Below, piece after piece: positions 21,415 through 30,390 of a stretch of 64,000 nt of DNA (the first letter of the stretch is position 1; every line of letters starts with the position of its first letter). Source of the DNA: an uncultured virus (IMG/VR IMGVR_UViG_3300031813_000014) (taxonomy: Duplodnaviria > Heunggongvirae > Uroviricota > Caudoviricetes); IMG/VR virus record IMGVR_UViG_3300031813_000014. The stretch is one strand, 5' to 3'. The notes under the pieces are model-generated. The model saw nothing but the letters and a program-made list of their open reading frames with translations, was not told the DNA's origin and did not search any database. The position numbers and the translations under genes are program-made.

Positions 21415-21442
21415 ACTATACACTGTCAAATGTTAATGTCAA
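21415..21442 (-). promoter_or_regulatory. Putative sigma70-type promoter (TTGACA-16-TATAGT)
   Basis: Minus strand TTGACA TTAACATTTGACAGTG TATAGT upstream of the 21391 gene. Confidence 0.5.
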
Positions 21443-22817
21443 GCTCTTTTTTAAATAAATTTATTGTTTCTGTGTGAACGTTGATATTATTACGCAAAAG
21501 CCAATAGACTCTAGACTCAATTGAACTTCCAGTAATATGTACCACTGTCATGTTGTTGACTTGGCCCGGCCTGTCGATGCGGGCGTTGGCTTGTAGATAC
21601 GTCTCTACACTGTTGCATGGAGCGTACCAAATAATTGTGTCGGCGGCAGTAAGGGTTAGCCCGTGTGATGCGGCCTTGGGTTGAATGATTAATACTTTAA
21701 CTTTATCGTTGGATTGAAACTCCTGTACGATCTCATTACGTTTATTAACATTCACAGAGCCGTTAATAACTTCACATGAAACATGGTGCTTGTTTAAATA
21801 CTTCTGTAGCATTTCTATCGTATGGGTATACGGTACAAACACCAGGACTTTATTTGATGTCTCGTCTATGACCTCATGCACAACTTTCAAGCGCGGAGTT
21901 ATGTCGAACTCTATGACTTCTCCAGTATCCGTATACACAGCCCCTCCAGAAATCTGGAGTAGTTTAGTCAACATTGATGCGGCGTTAACTGCGGAGACTT
22001 CTTCACCTGATGCGGCAATAAGCATCTCCTTCTTGAGCTTGGCGTAATACTTATCCTGTTGCGGTGTAAGAGGCGCATCACGATCAACAAAGGTCAACGG
22101 AGGCAAATCAATACACTGACGTTTCTCAAACCTGATTGCAGGTTGCAGAGCTTTGTGCACGATGTGGGTCGCCGTCGGTCTTGGTTTCCACTTGTATTGT
22201 GTAACCTGTTGCATCACAAGATCTTTGAAGTGCGTGAAGAACCGAGGCACGCCATCGGGATTGATGAGCTTAGCCAATCCATAAGCGTCGGCGGGGGATT
22301 GAGCCGCAGGTGTGCCTGTCAGCATCCACAAACCTTTGACCACTTTGTTTACATCACGGAGCGTAGCCCATCGGTCTGTCTGCGCGTTCTTGTACGCAGA
22401 TGCTTCGTCAACCACAATCAAATCAAACCCACCATCCATCACTTGTTCTTTGATGATGGATAGTCCGTCGAAGTTTGTGATGACAAACTCAGCCATGTGC
22501 TTGTTGACAATTTCTTTTCGCTTGCTTGCATCGTTATGATAGGCAATCGCTACTGTGCGGTGCATTGCAAACTTAAACAAATCGTTTTGCCACGCCGACT
22601 TCATGATCGACAAAGGGCACACAACTAACACTCTTCTAATTACGCCGAGAGTCATAAGATAATCAGCCGCCCAAATTACAGACGCAGTTTTGCCTGTACC
22701 TTGTTCGTTAAAGCAAAATGCTTTTCTCTTACTAATTAAAAACTCTGCGGTTGTCTTCTGATGCTCAAATGGTGTGAAGCCCGGGGGTCTGGGCCACGTA
22801 TACTCTGATAGTTTCAT
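21426..22817 (-). CDS. SNF2-family (SF2) helicase
   Basis: EQGTGKT (I), VVDEAS (II), LTGTP (III), HGLTLT (V), QANARIDRPGQ (VI). Confidence 0.9.
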   Translation of the reverse strand: MKLSEYTWPRPPGFTPFEHQKTTAEFLISKRKAFCFNEQGTGKTASVIWAADYLMTLGVIRRVLVVCPLSIMKSAWQNDLFKFAMHRTVAIAYHNDASKRKEIVNKHMAEFVITNFDGLSIIKEQVMDGGFDLIVVDEASAYKNAQTDRWATLRDVNKVVKGLWMLTGTPAAQSPADAYGLAKLINPDGVPRFFTHFKDLVMQQVTQYKWKPRPTATHIVHKALQPAIRFEKRQCIDLPPLTFVDRDAPLTPQQDKYYAKLKKEMLIAASGEEVSAVNAASMLTKLLQISGGAVYTDTGEVIEFDITPRLKVVHEVIDETSNKVLVFVPYTHTIEMLQKYLNKHHVSCEVINGSVNVNKRNEIVQEFQSNDKVKVLIIQPKAASHGLTLTAADTIIWYAPCNSVETYLQANARIDRPGQVNNMTVVHITGSSIESRVYWLLRNNINVHTETINLFKKELDINI

Positions 22818-23161
22818 TTTCCTCTAATCACTTTGCTGAGTTTTTTCTCCCCTTTCTCCTTGCCTTTTTTAACCTCTCGGATTAAGTTGTGCTTGGAGTC
22901 ACGGTCGAATGTTCGGTTGCCATGTGGCGTTTCAATGAATACGCCGTTCTTGTTTGAGCCTCCTTTGTCGAGAGCTTTGACGTGTGCAACGTCTTTGCCT
23001 TCTCTAATATCGGCTTTGCCGTTCTTATTCCGGTCAGGGAACTTCTTGTCAACTAACGCCCGAGCACGTTCTCTTTCAAGTCGGCGGGGGCCTTCACCAC
23101 GAGCCTTTTGCTCTTGGTATTCTTTTTTATAGTTGCGGTCAGCAGGGTTTTTGTAGGGCAT
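22814..23161 (-). CDS. HNH-type endonuclease-like protein
   Basis: RNYKKEY...GKDVAHVKALDKGGSN...HGNR, a beta-beta-alpha-Me/HNH-like pattern. Confidence 0.6.
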   Translation of the reverse strand: MPYKNPADRNYKKEYQEQKARGEGPRRLERERARALVDKKFPDRNKNGKADIREGKDVAHVKALDKGGSNKNGVFIETPHGNRTFDRDSKHNLIREVKKGKEKGEKKLSKVIRGK

Positions 23162-23464
23162 TTAGGTTCTCCATAATTCCTTTTCGATACGATGTTTATC
23201 AATATCTTCTTTGGTTAAGCCAATATCCTCTGGGGTTGTTTCCCACAAAGGTTTACGAGTTTCTTTATCAGTCTGTTGCAACACTTTACCAAGGGCAAGT
23301 GTGATTTCCATCATCATGGATTCTTTAGTTTTGTTGATTTCTTTTTTGACCAAGTCACCCACAGTTAGGGCTAACTCAGCACGTACAACTTCCTTAACTC
23401 TACGCTTTAATTCGTTTTCAAGCAATAGTGCGGTGTCGGTTTCTTGATTTGTCATTGCAGTCAT
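23162..23464 (-). CDS. Hypothetical protein
   Basis: 100 aa, coupled to neighbours. Confidence 0.6.
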   Translation of the reverse strand: MTAMTNQETDTALLLENELKRRVKEVVRAELALTVGDLVKKEINKTKESMMMEITLALGKVLQQTDKETRKPLWETTPEDIGLTKEDIDKHRIEKELWRT

Positions 23465-23667
23465 TAAAATTTCTCCATTTGTTTTTTGATAACGTCTTTA
23501 ATTCTTTGTTCTATCGAATAACTGCCAAGCACTGCGGTGATAATATGGTTATGTAAGGGGCTCCCATAGTTTTGTAATTCTTTATATATGGTGTCAATTA
23601 TCAGTTGTTTCACGTCTTCTTGCAGTTTTAAATAAGCCGCCGCTTGTTGTTCTTTATCTTCAGTCAT
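23464..23667 (-). CDS. Hypothetical protein (paralog of 23664-23897)
   Basis: MTEDKEQQAAAYLKLQEDVKQL. Confidence 0.6.
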   Translation of the reverse strand: MTEDKEQQAAAYLKLQEDVKQLIIDTIYKELQNYGSPLHNHIITAVLGSYSIEQRIKDVIKKQMEKF

Positions 23668-23897
23668 TTAATATTCTCCTTGTTCAATAGTCGCACATGG
23701 TTGGCAATCGCCGTACCCAAATATGATCTTGGGTCTTCTGTAATATTGTCTACCACCAAATCAAGAATGTAGCTAACAAAAGATGGTTCCATGATAATAG
23801 CTCGAATCTTTTTTTTTGCGATTTCTCCAACCAACTCTTCCACGTCGTCTTGTAGTTTTATGTAGGCTTCTGCCTGTTGTCTTTCTTCGTCAGTCAT
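23664..23897 (-). CDS. Hypothetical protein (paralog of 23464-23667)
   Basis: MTDEERQQAEAYIKLQDDVEEL. Confidence 0.6.
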   Translation of the reverse strand: MTDEERQQAEAYIKLQDDVEELVGEIAKKKIRAIIMEPSFVSYILDLVVDNITEDPRSYLGTAIANHVRLLNKENIK

Positions 23898-23898
23898 T

Positions 23899-24561
23899 TC
23901 AACTCCTGTTATATTCGCACGTTTTCACGGCACAGAATCGGCACAGAGGGCCTGTGCTTGGATTCCAAACTCCACTTTCTTTCGCTTTCTCAATCCGTTC
24001 TACATCTTGTGCAGACTTCTCAATATATTTTTCAGCCATTTCACGTTCGTGCGTAGCCTTAACGAACTCCTTCGATACGACATATAGAAGCGCCGACTTC
24101 ACCTTCTTTACTTGTGGGAATTTCGCAAAAAGCCCACAGGCTACAAGATCCAATTGCTTGACGTCCGCATATCTCGCATTCTTTGATGTCTTGTAATCCA
24201 CCGAGTGTGCCACCCCTGTCTTCGGATTGATAACCACCAAATCTGCTATCCCATGCCACCATACATTCGGTGCATCGAAGTCGCATGCTTCCAAATTTTT
24301 CGTCAAGCCAAGTCGAACTTCGCAATGTTTTTCTCCTTTAATCTTGTTTAGCTCATCGAGCAAAGGTTTAATAAAAATGTAGCGTTGCGGTATAGGTATG
24401 CCATCTTTTATGTATTCTTCAGCAACAAGATGCACTGCTTTACCGTACGTAGTCGCAGGTGTGTCTGGTTCGACAACATCCTTGGCAACTTTGGTGTGGT
24501 AATACTTACGAGGACATTGTTGAAACGTCTTCAAACTACTATATGACCATACTGTACTCAT
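23899..24561 (-). CDS. PD-(D/E)XK nuclease superfamily exonuclease (RecB/Cas4-like)
   Basis: WSYSSL..F..CPR, G..VH, GIADL, VDYKT, Q, C-terminal CRFC...C. Confidence 0.85.
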   Translation of the reverse strand: MSTVWSYSSLKTFQQCPRKYYHTKVAKDVVEPDTPATTYGKAVHLVAEEYIKDGIPIPQRYIFIKPLLDELNKIKGEKHCEVRLGLTKNLEACDFDAPNVWWHGIADLVVINPKTGVAHSVDYKTSKNARYADVKQLDLVACGLFAKFPQVKKVKSALLYVVSKEFVKATHEREMAEKYIEKSAQDVERIEKAKESGVWNPSTGPLCRFCAVKTCEYNRS

Positions 24562-24683
24562 TCTTCGTCCTCATCTGATGGTGGAAACCTAACCTCAAAA
24601 TAGCCCCAACGATCACCCTTGTCCCAACGAGTCCAAGAGTAATGCGCTTCGCCCTTTCTAATGTACTTCCAAAGTACTCTCAA
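24558..24683 (-). CDS. Small hypothetical protein (41 aa, TTG start)
   Basis: Below the ORF-track cutoff. Fills the gap exactly with 4-bp overlaps at both ends. Confidence 0.4.
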   Translation of the reverse strand: MRVLWKYIRKGEAHYSWTRWDKGDRWGYFEVRFPPSDEDEE

Positions 24684-24877
24684 CGTTTCATGTTCCTAAC
24701 AAAGATTGCAAACGAATGTGCGGTATCGCCACCATTCTTCATCTTGTCAAACTCTTTAGCAACTTCTTCAAGAACTTCATTTCGCTGAGAGATCTCGATG
24801 GCGTTCTTATCCACGCCATAATACATGCAAGAGCATCCGTTCTCAAAGCAATAGCGATCAATGTATGCGCAAGTCAT
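24680..24877 (-). CDS. Hypothetical protein
   Basis: 65 aa. RNEVLEEVAKEF...SFAIFVRNMK tail common in small phage ORFs. Confidence 0.6.
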   Translation of the reverse strand: MTCAYIDRYCFENGCSCMYYGVDKNAIEISQRNEVLEEVAKEFDKMKNGGDTAHSFAIFVRNMKR

Positions 24878-25014
24878 AATAATGCATCCTCCATTTCTTT
24901 AACACTCTGTTGTTTAACTCTTTTGTCGGCTATCGCAAGCAATTTGGGGTCCACTTGGTCAAAGGGCCACCACGTATTGTCAACCAGCTTCTGAATAATT
25001 TCTTCGTCAGTCAT
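24874..25014 (-). CDS. Small hypothetical protein (46 aa)
   Basis: Below cutoff. MTDEEIIQKLVDNTWWPFDQVDPKLL...EDALL*, ATGA overlaps at both ends. Confidence 0.55.
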   Translation of the reverse strand: MTDEEIIQKLVDNTWWPFDQVDPKLLAIADKRVKQQSVKEMEDALL

Positions 25015-25226
25015 TCTTGTCCCCTTGTTAACTTTTGCAACAAGTTTTTTTGGTTAATTTTTATATCAGCCCTAAGTTCAGCCGTTGCTTTTTCTGCTAC
25101 CAGTTTGGCAAAGATTTCCAAAAAGCGTTTAGGCACTGGGTGCGCCGTTTCTTCTGGCGTTGGATATTCTTTTGCCCATTCTTTACTGGTTTGATGAGCC
25201 ATCTTAATGATTTCTTCAGTATCCAT
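25011..25226 (-). CDS. Hypothetical protein
   Basis: 71 aa, AAGGAG RBS. Confidence 0.6.
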   Translation of the reverse strand: MDTEEIIKMAHQTSKEWAKEYPTPEETAHPVPKRFLEIFAKLVAEKATAELRADIKINQKNLLQKLTRGQE

Positions 25227-25473
25227 TTTTCTCCTTCAGCTTGGATTCAATTGCTTGATAAAGTTGATACGAATTCCCCCAAGGAAAAACTCCACACTTT
25301 ACAAGTTCCATTTTTGTCAATCCTACCCATGTGCGTTTTTGTTTGTTGTATTCAAGGATTGCTCTAGCAAACATTACAGGAAAGTCAGCCGTGCCATTCG
25401 CTTCAACCAGCCCCTCTGCTTTGCCACTCATGTGCAAATAAATGTTGTGTATTTCTTCGTTAGTCATCAGCAA
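25216..25473 (-). CDS. Hypothetical protein
   Basis: 85 aa. WVGLT...AIESKLKEKNG tail. Confidence 0.6.
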   Translation of the reverse strand: MLMTNEEIHNIYLHMSGKAEGLVEANGTADFPVMFARAILEYNKQKRTWVGLTKMELVKCGVFPWGNSYQLYQAIESKLKEKNGY

Positions 25474-27272
25474 TCTCCATAGCTATTTCCCGAACCGGAT
25501 TCACAGTTGAGCGGTAACTCCGAAGCCCAGTTGGGGCGCAGGCGCATACACAATTCAACATATTCTTTAGCAGTCTCAACTTCCTGCTCCGGGGCGATAC
25601 AAGCAATCGCATCGTGCACAGTCATGACGACTTTGTATTTCTTAGCGATCATTAGCATCTGCTCGCCAATCACAATACGAGCTAACGCCTGACATACGTT
25701 CTCAATGACTTTCCCACCATAGATACGTGTCGCTATCATCTGCCGACCCCGCTTGGTGTCGTAGACCAATTCACTTTTATCTTCGTTCTGAACCACACGC
25801 AGGTTTGGGTACTTGATGTAAAGTCCGTTGGGTAACTTGACACCCTTTTTACCCTCTACGTCCAGTATCCCAAGTTTTGTGTGCTTATCATTCATGATGG
25901 CTTTTAAGGCTAAAGCCCCTTCTTTCCATAACTCAACAATCTTAGGGTACGTCTCTCGATATGTCGTGATAATCCTTTTCGATTCAGCCTCCTCAATCTC
26001 CACGCCAAACGTTTTAAGTTGCGCTTTAAATTTAATTGCCCCCATGCCGTACCCCGCACCGAGAATTGTCGTTTTACCAACGAACCTTTCGTCTTTCGTG
26101 ATTTCTGCTTCTCCCTTAGAGTAGATAGCAGATGCCATGATCTTGTATACATCTTGTCCATTTTCAAATGCCTCGACTAAATCGTTTTGTTGAGCTAACC
26201 ATGCCAAAGTACGAGCTTCAATTTGAGATGAATCAGAATCAATCACTACGTAACCATGTGGAGCTAAGATAGCACCCTTAAGAAGTGATGTTCTTGGCAA
26301 GTTCTGAAGGTTAATCTTATCGTCGCCACCCCAACGCCCTGTGTGAGCTGCATAATAACGCAACATGACTGGTAACGTACCTCGATTCGCAATATCCAAA
26401 AACCTTTTTGTTCTTGTTTCTTCTATCGTAGACTTAGCGCCCAATCTGGCTGCCACAACCGCTTGCACAAATTGAGATGAGTGTTCAAGTAATGCTTTAA
26501 ATTCCTCGTCGGTCTTGGCGAATGCGTAAGTTTCTTTGCCAGTCGTTTTGCTAGTTTTGGTTGGGGGCACGACACCGAAAGATTTAAGTATTTCGGCAAA
26601 CTTATCGTTGCTCATCAACTCATCTTCGTTGTATTGAGCAATAGTATGGCGTCTAGCGTTTTGAACTGTGATGTAATAATCTGTGAGGAATAATTTATCC
26701 AACAAGAGCGCAGGCTCGGTAAACATCCGTATGGTTAAGTCGATTAGGTTATGTTCGAGCTTTGGCAACTGACCCTGCATCAATAGGAACAACTCCCACG
26801 TGAGCTTTACATCGTTCTTGCAGTACTCACCATAGGTTGCTAGATGTTGCGGGGTGAAATTAGCACGTCGGTATCCTTTCGCATCTTCAACCTCTGTGCC
26901 TTTGACGCCAACGCCATAATGCTCGGCTAATGTTTTAAGACTGCCTCCCACCTCTGTGCCGATGAGCGCCCGCCCCATACTGAGAGTGCAAGCCCACTTC
27001 TTAGGTTTAATCCCGAATCTCCAGTTTAAAATCGCCCCGTCGAACTGAGCGTTGTGAGCTATGACTACGGAGTTATCCCAATCGTATTGGGCAAGGAACT
27101 GGTGCAACTCGTTGAAAGATCCAGAGAACCACGTTGGCGCCCCATCGTTTACGGCTACGGCTACGCCAATAACCTCAAAGAGTTCATCTCTGATGTACTC
27201 CTCGGTCGTGAGCTTAGTCAAACTAAACTCAGACGAGTAGTATGTTTCAAAGTCTATGGTTAAAAAATTCAT
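25467..27272 (-). CDS. DNA polymerase I (family A) with 3'-5' exonuclease domain
   Basis: IDFET, AHNAQFD, YCKND (Exo I-III), HTGRW, DSSQIEAR (A), KTTILGAGYG (B), VHD (C). Confidence 0.92.
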   Translation of the reverse strand: MNFLTIDFETYYSSEFSLTKLTTEEYIRDELFEVIGVAVAVNDGAPTWFSGSFNELHQFLAQYDWDNSVVIAHNAQFDGAILNWRFGIKPKKWACTLSMGRALIGTEVGGSLKTLAEHYGVGVKGTEVEDAKGYRRANFTPQHLATYGEYCKNDVKLTWELFLLMQGQLPKLEHNLIDLTIRMFTEPALLLDKLFLTDYYITVQNARRHTIAQYNEDELMSNDKFAEILKSFGVVPPTKTSKTTGKETYAFAKTDEEFKALLEHSSQFVQAVVAARLGAKSTIEETRTKRFLDIANRGTLPVMLRYYAAHTGRWGGDDKINLQNLPRTSLLKGAILAPHGYVVIDSDSSQIEARTLAWLAQQNDLVEAFENGQDVYKIMASAIYSKGEAEITKDERFVGKTTILGAGYGMGAIKFKAQLKTFGVEIEEAESKRIITTYRETYPKIVELWKEGALALKAIMNDKHTKLGILDVEGKKGVKLPNGLYIKYPNLRVVQNEDKSELVYDTKRGRQMIATRIYGGKVIENVCQALARIVIGEQMLMIAKKYKVVMTVHDAIACIAPEQEVETAKEYVELCMRLRPNWASELPLNCESGSGNSYGDC

Positions 27273-27784
27273 TTTTTTCTTTTCTTTGGGATCAACTTAG
27301 TAAGTTGCTTGGCGTAGTCTTCGAGCTTGATACCCATCTTCTTGGCTACATGCACTTGAGCGGGGTTTAGGCTTATTGAACTAACAGGTTCCTCTTCGTG
27401 ATGTTGCAGGTCTAGGCGTTGCCCATATACCGCTCTTGGATCTGTCCAATGTCCAGCAGGTTGAAGAAGACCTTTTTGCACCATGCTTCTTAAAGCCATC
27501 TTTTCTTCTTCTCTAGATACATCCTCTTTAAATATGTCGGTCATGACGGTTTCATGCCATTTTTTTCGAACAAGCTCTTTGGCAGATTCCGTGAGTAACG
27601 CTTTCTCGGCATCATTCAGAAACCAAAACAACCTAGTAGGTTGACCTGATACAAACTCCTCTATATCTATTAAGGTATGTTTAAATTTACCAGTATAAAA
27701 ATCATCGGGGTTGGACTCCATGCGGTTAACTAGCGCTTGTACGCTAGGCATGATCTCATTTGAAAGCGTTTGTTCTTTTTGCAT
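27269..27784 (-). CDS. Hypothetical protein with scaffold-like C-terminal motif
   Basis: 171 aa, GAGGA RBS. N-half paralogous to 27756-28160. C-terminus resembles that of the 44397-45365 scaffold. Confidence 0.65.
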   Translation of the reverse strand: MQKEQTLSNEIMPSVQALVNRMESNPDDFYTGKFKHTLIDIEEFVSGQPTRLFWFLNDAEKALLTESAKELVRKKWHETVMTDIFKEDVSREEEKMALRSMVQKGLLQPAGHWTDPRAVYGQRLDLQHHEEEPVSSISLNPAQVHVAKKMGIKLEDYAKQLTKLIPKKRKK

Positions 27785-28160
27785 TGTGTAGTTCCTCTAA
27801 TGTTTTTGCCATTTCTTCAGTAACGCTAGTATTACCTAGCATCAAGTTATTAGCCGTATGCCAGCCTGTTGCACTACGATCCTCTTTAAATATGTGTGGG
27901 TGGGATGACATAGGCAAATGCAAATCATTTTGTGCATCGGTCTTGAGTATGGTCTTCATCACTTTGGTTTCAAACTCTTTGCGACGCACTGCCTTTAGCG
28001 CAGTATGTATAGCCGCTTTTTCTGGCTCAGTCATCACATCTCTGAACGACTCGCTATAAATAAACGACCATTCGCTTTCTTTCTTAGGATCAAAGAACTC
28101 CTCGGGGTTCGTATTCATTCTGCTCACTAACGCTTCTACACCTGCTGATATTTCACTCAT
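27756..28160 (-). CDS. Hypothetical protein
   Basis: 134 aa. GVEALVSRMNTNPEEF. Confidence 0.65.
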   Translation of the reverse strand: MSEISAGVEALVSRMNTNPEEFFDPKKESEWSFIYSESFRDVMTEPEKAAIHTALKAVRRKEFETKVMKTILKTDAQNDLHLPMSSHPHIFKEDRSATGWHTANNLMLGNTSVTEEMAKTLEELHNAKRTNAFK

Positions 28161-28392
28161 TGTTAATTCCTTTTAAAAGTTTCATAATCCCTTGTGCTTC
28201 TTCTTTTCTTAACCCTCTGGCTAGGGTTGTACTTATTCTTCTACGATCCTCATAATCCCATCGGTATATCGAGTATTTGCCGTATCTCGACCTCATGTGG
28301 TACTCGGTGGGTAAATGTGATTTGTAGACCTCTTCAAAAATTTTGGTCAATGCGTCAAGCGTACCTTCTTTAAATTCTTCAATTGGTGACAT
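28153..28392 (-). CDS. Hypothetical protein
   Basis: 79 aa, coupled to neighbours. Confidence 0.6.
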   Translation of the reverse strand: MSPIEEFKEGTLDALTKIFEEVYKSHLPTEYHMRSRYGKYSIYRWDYEDRRRISTTLARGLRKEEAQGIMKLLKGINNE

Positions 28393-28396
28393 TTCC

Positions 28397-28696
28397 CTAT
28401 ACCCCCTTGATTAGTTTTATCGTACCCTCTAGAAAATCTATGTTGCTCTCGTTAATGACAAGCGCATAGCCCTGTGCTTTGATAATGTTCTCTAGGTTTT
28501 TATACTGAAGTGCGGTTGGTTGGTTGCTACCAGCCTTGGCTTCAATACCCATGAACTTACCATTGACGCAACAAAGAAAGTCTGGCACGCCCGCATTGCC
28601 GTAGCCTGACCCAATCGGCATGGCGTAATATACGTCATACTTCTTGAGCATTGCTTTGATTTTGTTTTTAACTTTGACTTCGGGTGTTTGTGCCAT
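28397..28696 (-). CDS. VRR-NUC domain nuclease
   Basis: TPEVKVK...GVPDFL...GIEAKA...PTALQ. Probable start MAQTPE at 28696. Confidence 0.85.
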   Translation of the reverse strand: MAQTPEVKVKNKIKAMLKKYDVYYAMPIGSGYGNAGVPDFLCCVNGKFMGIEAKAGSNQPTALQYKNLENIIKAQGYALVINESNIDFLEGTIKLIKGV

Positions 28697-28701
28697 AACG
28701 T

Positions 28702-28729
28702 AATATAGCACTACTTTTGACTTTGTCAA
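28702..28729 (-). promoter_or_regulatory. Putative sigma70-type promoter (TTGACA-16-TATATT, extended -10)
   Basis: Minus strand TTGACA AAGTCAAAAGTAGTGC TATATT ACGTT ATG, immediately after the early terminator. Confidence 0.55.
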
Positions 28730-28740
28730 TAGTTAGGACG

Positions 28741-28764
28741 AAAAAAAGCCCACAAAAGTGGGCT
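28741..28764 (-). terminator. Rho-independent terminator ending the early transcription unit
   Basis: Minus strand AGCCCAC-TTTT-GTGGGCT followed by a T-run. Confidence 0.85.
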
Positions 28765-28773
28765 AGGGTTTTC

Positions 28774-28787
28774 CTGACATTTGTCAG
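28774..28787. repeat. 14-bp dyad CTGACATTTGTCAG, copy 1
   Basis: Exact copy between the DUF3310 stop and the terminator. Confidence 0.95.
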
Positions 28788-28792
28788 ATTTT

Positions 28793-29317
28793 TTATGTTG
28801 ATGCTATTGCACGATCAATATACCATCGAGCTTTCTTTAAGTCTTCTACTCGGTTGCCCTTGTGGTCTGCACGGCTTATGTATTTCACCGCATTGCCAAG
28901 GTTGTAGTCCAGCTTCTTCGCTTCGATAAAGTCAATCGTTTCAATACCGCCAACTTTATAGTGCGATGGGTGATTGACCATATCACTTGGCTCATGAACC
29001 ACGGGTACAGTCTGAGGTACACCCTTCACACCCTCACTTGTTTCTACAAGCACACCCACAGGTGGTTGCCATTCTTTAGCAATCTCTGTCGGCACAATAG
29101 AATGTGTATGAGTGATGAGCTTGTTCAACTCAGCGAAAGACTTTACCGACTTGGGTGTTTCGACTGGCTTAAACAGCTTCTTTGCTTTGTACATAACTTG
29201 ATATACAAAATCAGAAGTTTCGCCCAACTCTTTAGCCACTTCCGCTAAGGTCATAGTGGGGTGACCCGCTACAAATTTACGCACGATACCTGATCTAGAA
29301 TTAGCTTGTAATCCCAT
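28793..29317 (-). CDS. DUF3310 (T7 gp1.7-like nucleotide kinase) domain protein with N-terminal HTH-like region
   Basis: DMVNHPSHY..GGIETIDFI...GNAVKYISR...KG..EDLKKARWY. Probable start MGLQ at 29317. Confidence 0.8.
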   Translation of the reverse strand: MGLQANSRSGIVRKFVAGHPTMTLAEVAKELGETSDFVYQVMYKAKKLFKPVETPKSVKSFAELNKLITHTHSIVPTEIAKEWQPPVGVLVETSEGVKGVPQTVPVVHEPSDMVNHPSHYKVGGIETIDFIEAKKLDYNLGNAVKYISRADHKGNRVEDLKKARWYIDRAIAST

Positions 29318-29501
29318 TTTCTCTCTCCTTTTGGTTGTTAACATAGTTAGTAAGAATTTCTCTCATTTTGGCTTGCTTGGTAAACGGGTGATGCTCAGAA
29401 AAATAATCCATTATCTCTTTGCTCAACCGAATACTTGTACAAGTGAGAGCGGGCTTCTTACCTGCGCCCCTACCCTTACGTCTTAGTTGTTCTGACATCA
29501 A
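29301..29501 (-). CDS. Small ribbon-helix-helix-like (BrnA-like) DNA-binding protein
   Basis: GRGAGKKP..TSIRLSKEIMDYF...MREIL. Confidence 0.55.
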   Translation of the reverse strand: MMSEQLRRKGRGAGKKPALTCTSIRLSKEIMDYFSEHHPFTKQAKMREILTNYVNNQKERENGITS

Positions 29502-29758
29502 CGTTCCAACCCATTCGCTAATAGGTATTGTTGAATGGCCTCAGCCAAAGTTTGTCCTGCCTGTACGATGTAATACTCTTTGGTCCAATCAGGCCCACGA
29601 TTACTAGGTTTGTACTTAGCAATTTCTAAAACTTTGCCGTTTGACGCGTTGATTACACCTATCTTAATATCCGATATAGAATCAGGCTCAGAACTCGAAA
29701 GTATTTCAGATACTGCTATTGATGGCAGTCCCATCAGTCTTCTTAATGCGCTATTCAT
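29498..29758 (-). CDS. Hypothetical protein
   Basis: 86 aa, ATGA-coupled. Confidence 0.6.
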   Translation of the reverse strand: MNSALRRLMGLPSIAVSEILSSSEPDSISDIKIGVINASNGKVLEIAKYKPSNRGPDWTKEYYIVQAGQTLAEAIQQYLLANGLER

Positions 29759-29970
29759 TTTGATTTGTCCTTTGCTTGGTTATAAATATCTTTGACTACT
29801 GAAGTGAAACGATTAATCGCTTCGTGCTGAGACAGCCCTTGTTGTTCAAACGCAATCGCTAAATCCATTGCCAGTATGAACGTACCCTCACCTACTGTAA
29901 ACCCACCATCATGAAATTGTTGGGCGATTGTCTCGCCCATCTCCTTCATCTCTTGCATAGTTTTACTCAT
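29755..29970 (-). CDS. Hypothetical protein
   Basis: 71 aa, ATGA-coupled. Confidence 0.6.
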   Translation of the reverse strand: MSKTMQEMKEMGETIAQQFHDGGFTVGEGTFILAMDLAIAFEQQGLSQHEAINRFTSVVKDIYNQAKDKSK

Positions 29971-30149
29971 ATCTTTTCCCCTGTATAGATGTGATTAAAA
30001 AAATAACTGATTACTGTTGTCGGCACTTGAAATGCTTCCGCAATCTCTCGATACGACATACCTCTTTTGCGTAGAGTGATAGCTCTACTCTCGTTAATCG
30101 GAGTCCGCTTTCGACCCGATCCTTTCCTCGCTCCCCCCTTTGTGTGCAT
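29967..30149 (-). CDS. Small HTH DNA-binding protein
   Basis: GGARKGSGRK arm followed by LRKRGMSYREIAEAFQVPTTVI. Confidence 0.7.
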   Translation of the reverse strand: MHTKGGARKGSGRKRTPINESRAITLRKRGMSYREIAEAFQVPTTVISYFFNHIYTGEKI

Positions 30150-30285
30150 GTGTTTCGCTTTCCTGTTTTGTTAATAAATACAATTTACAAACTGTACATA
30201 GCCAAGCAGGTTTAACCAAAGTTACGACCCACCCTTCATGCACATTGACCAACCTACCTTCGTAGGTGTTCACCTGTTTAATCAT
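30094..30285 (-). CDS. Hypothetical protein (possible zinc finger)
   Basis: WLCTVCK...HAH. Confidence 0.5.
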   Translation of the reverse strand: MIKQVNTYEGRLVNVHEGWVVTLVKPAWLCTVCKLYLLTKQESETHAHKGGSEERIGSKADSD

Positions 30286-30390
30286 GGTTCAACAATAGCC
30301 ACGTGATCCAACCCATTGCCAATGCTATGATTGCTAAGACAATCGACTGGACAATTGCAAATATAATTATGATTAAATCGAGTGTAGTCA

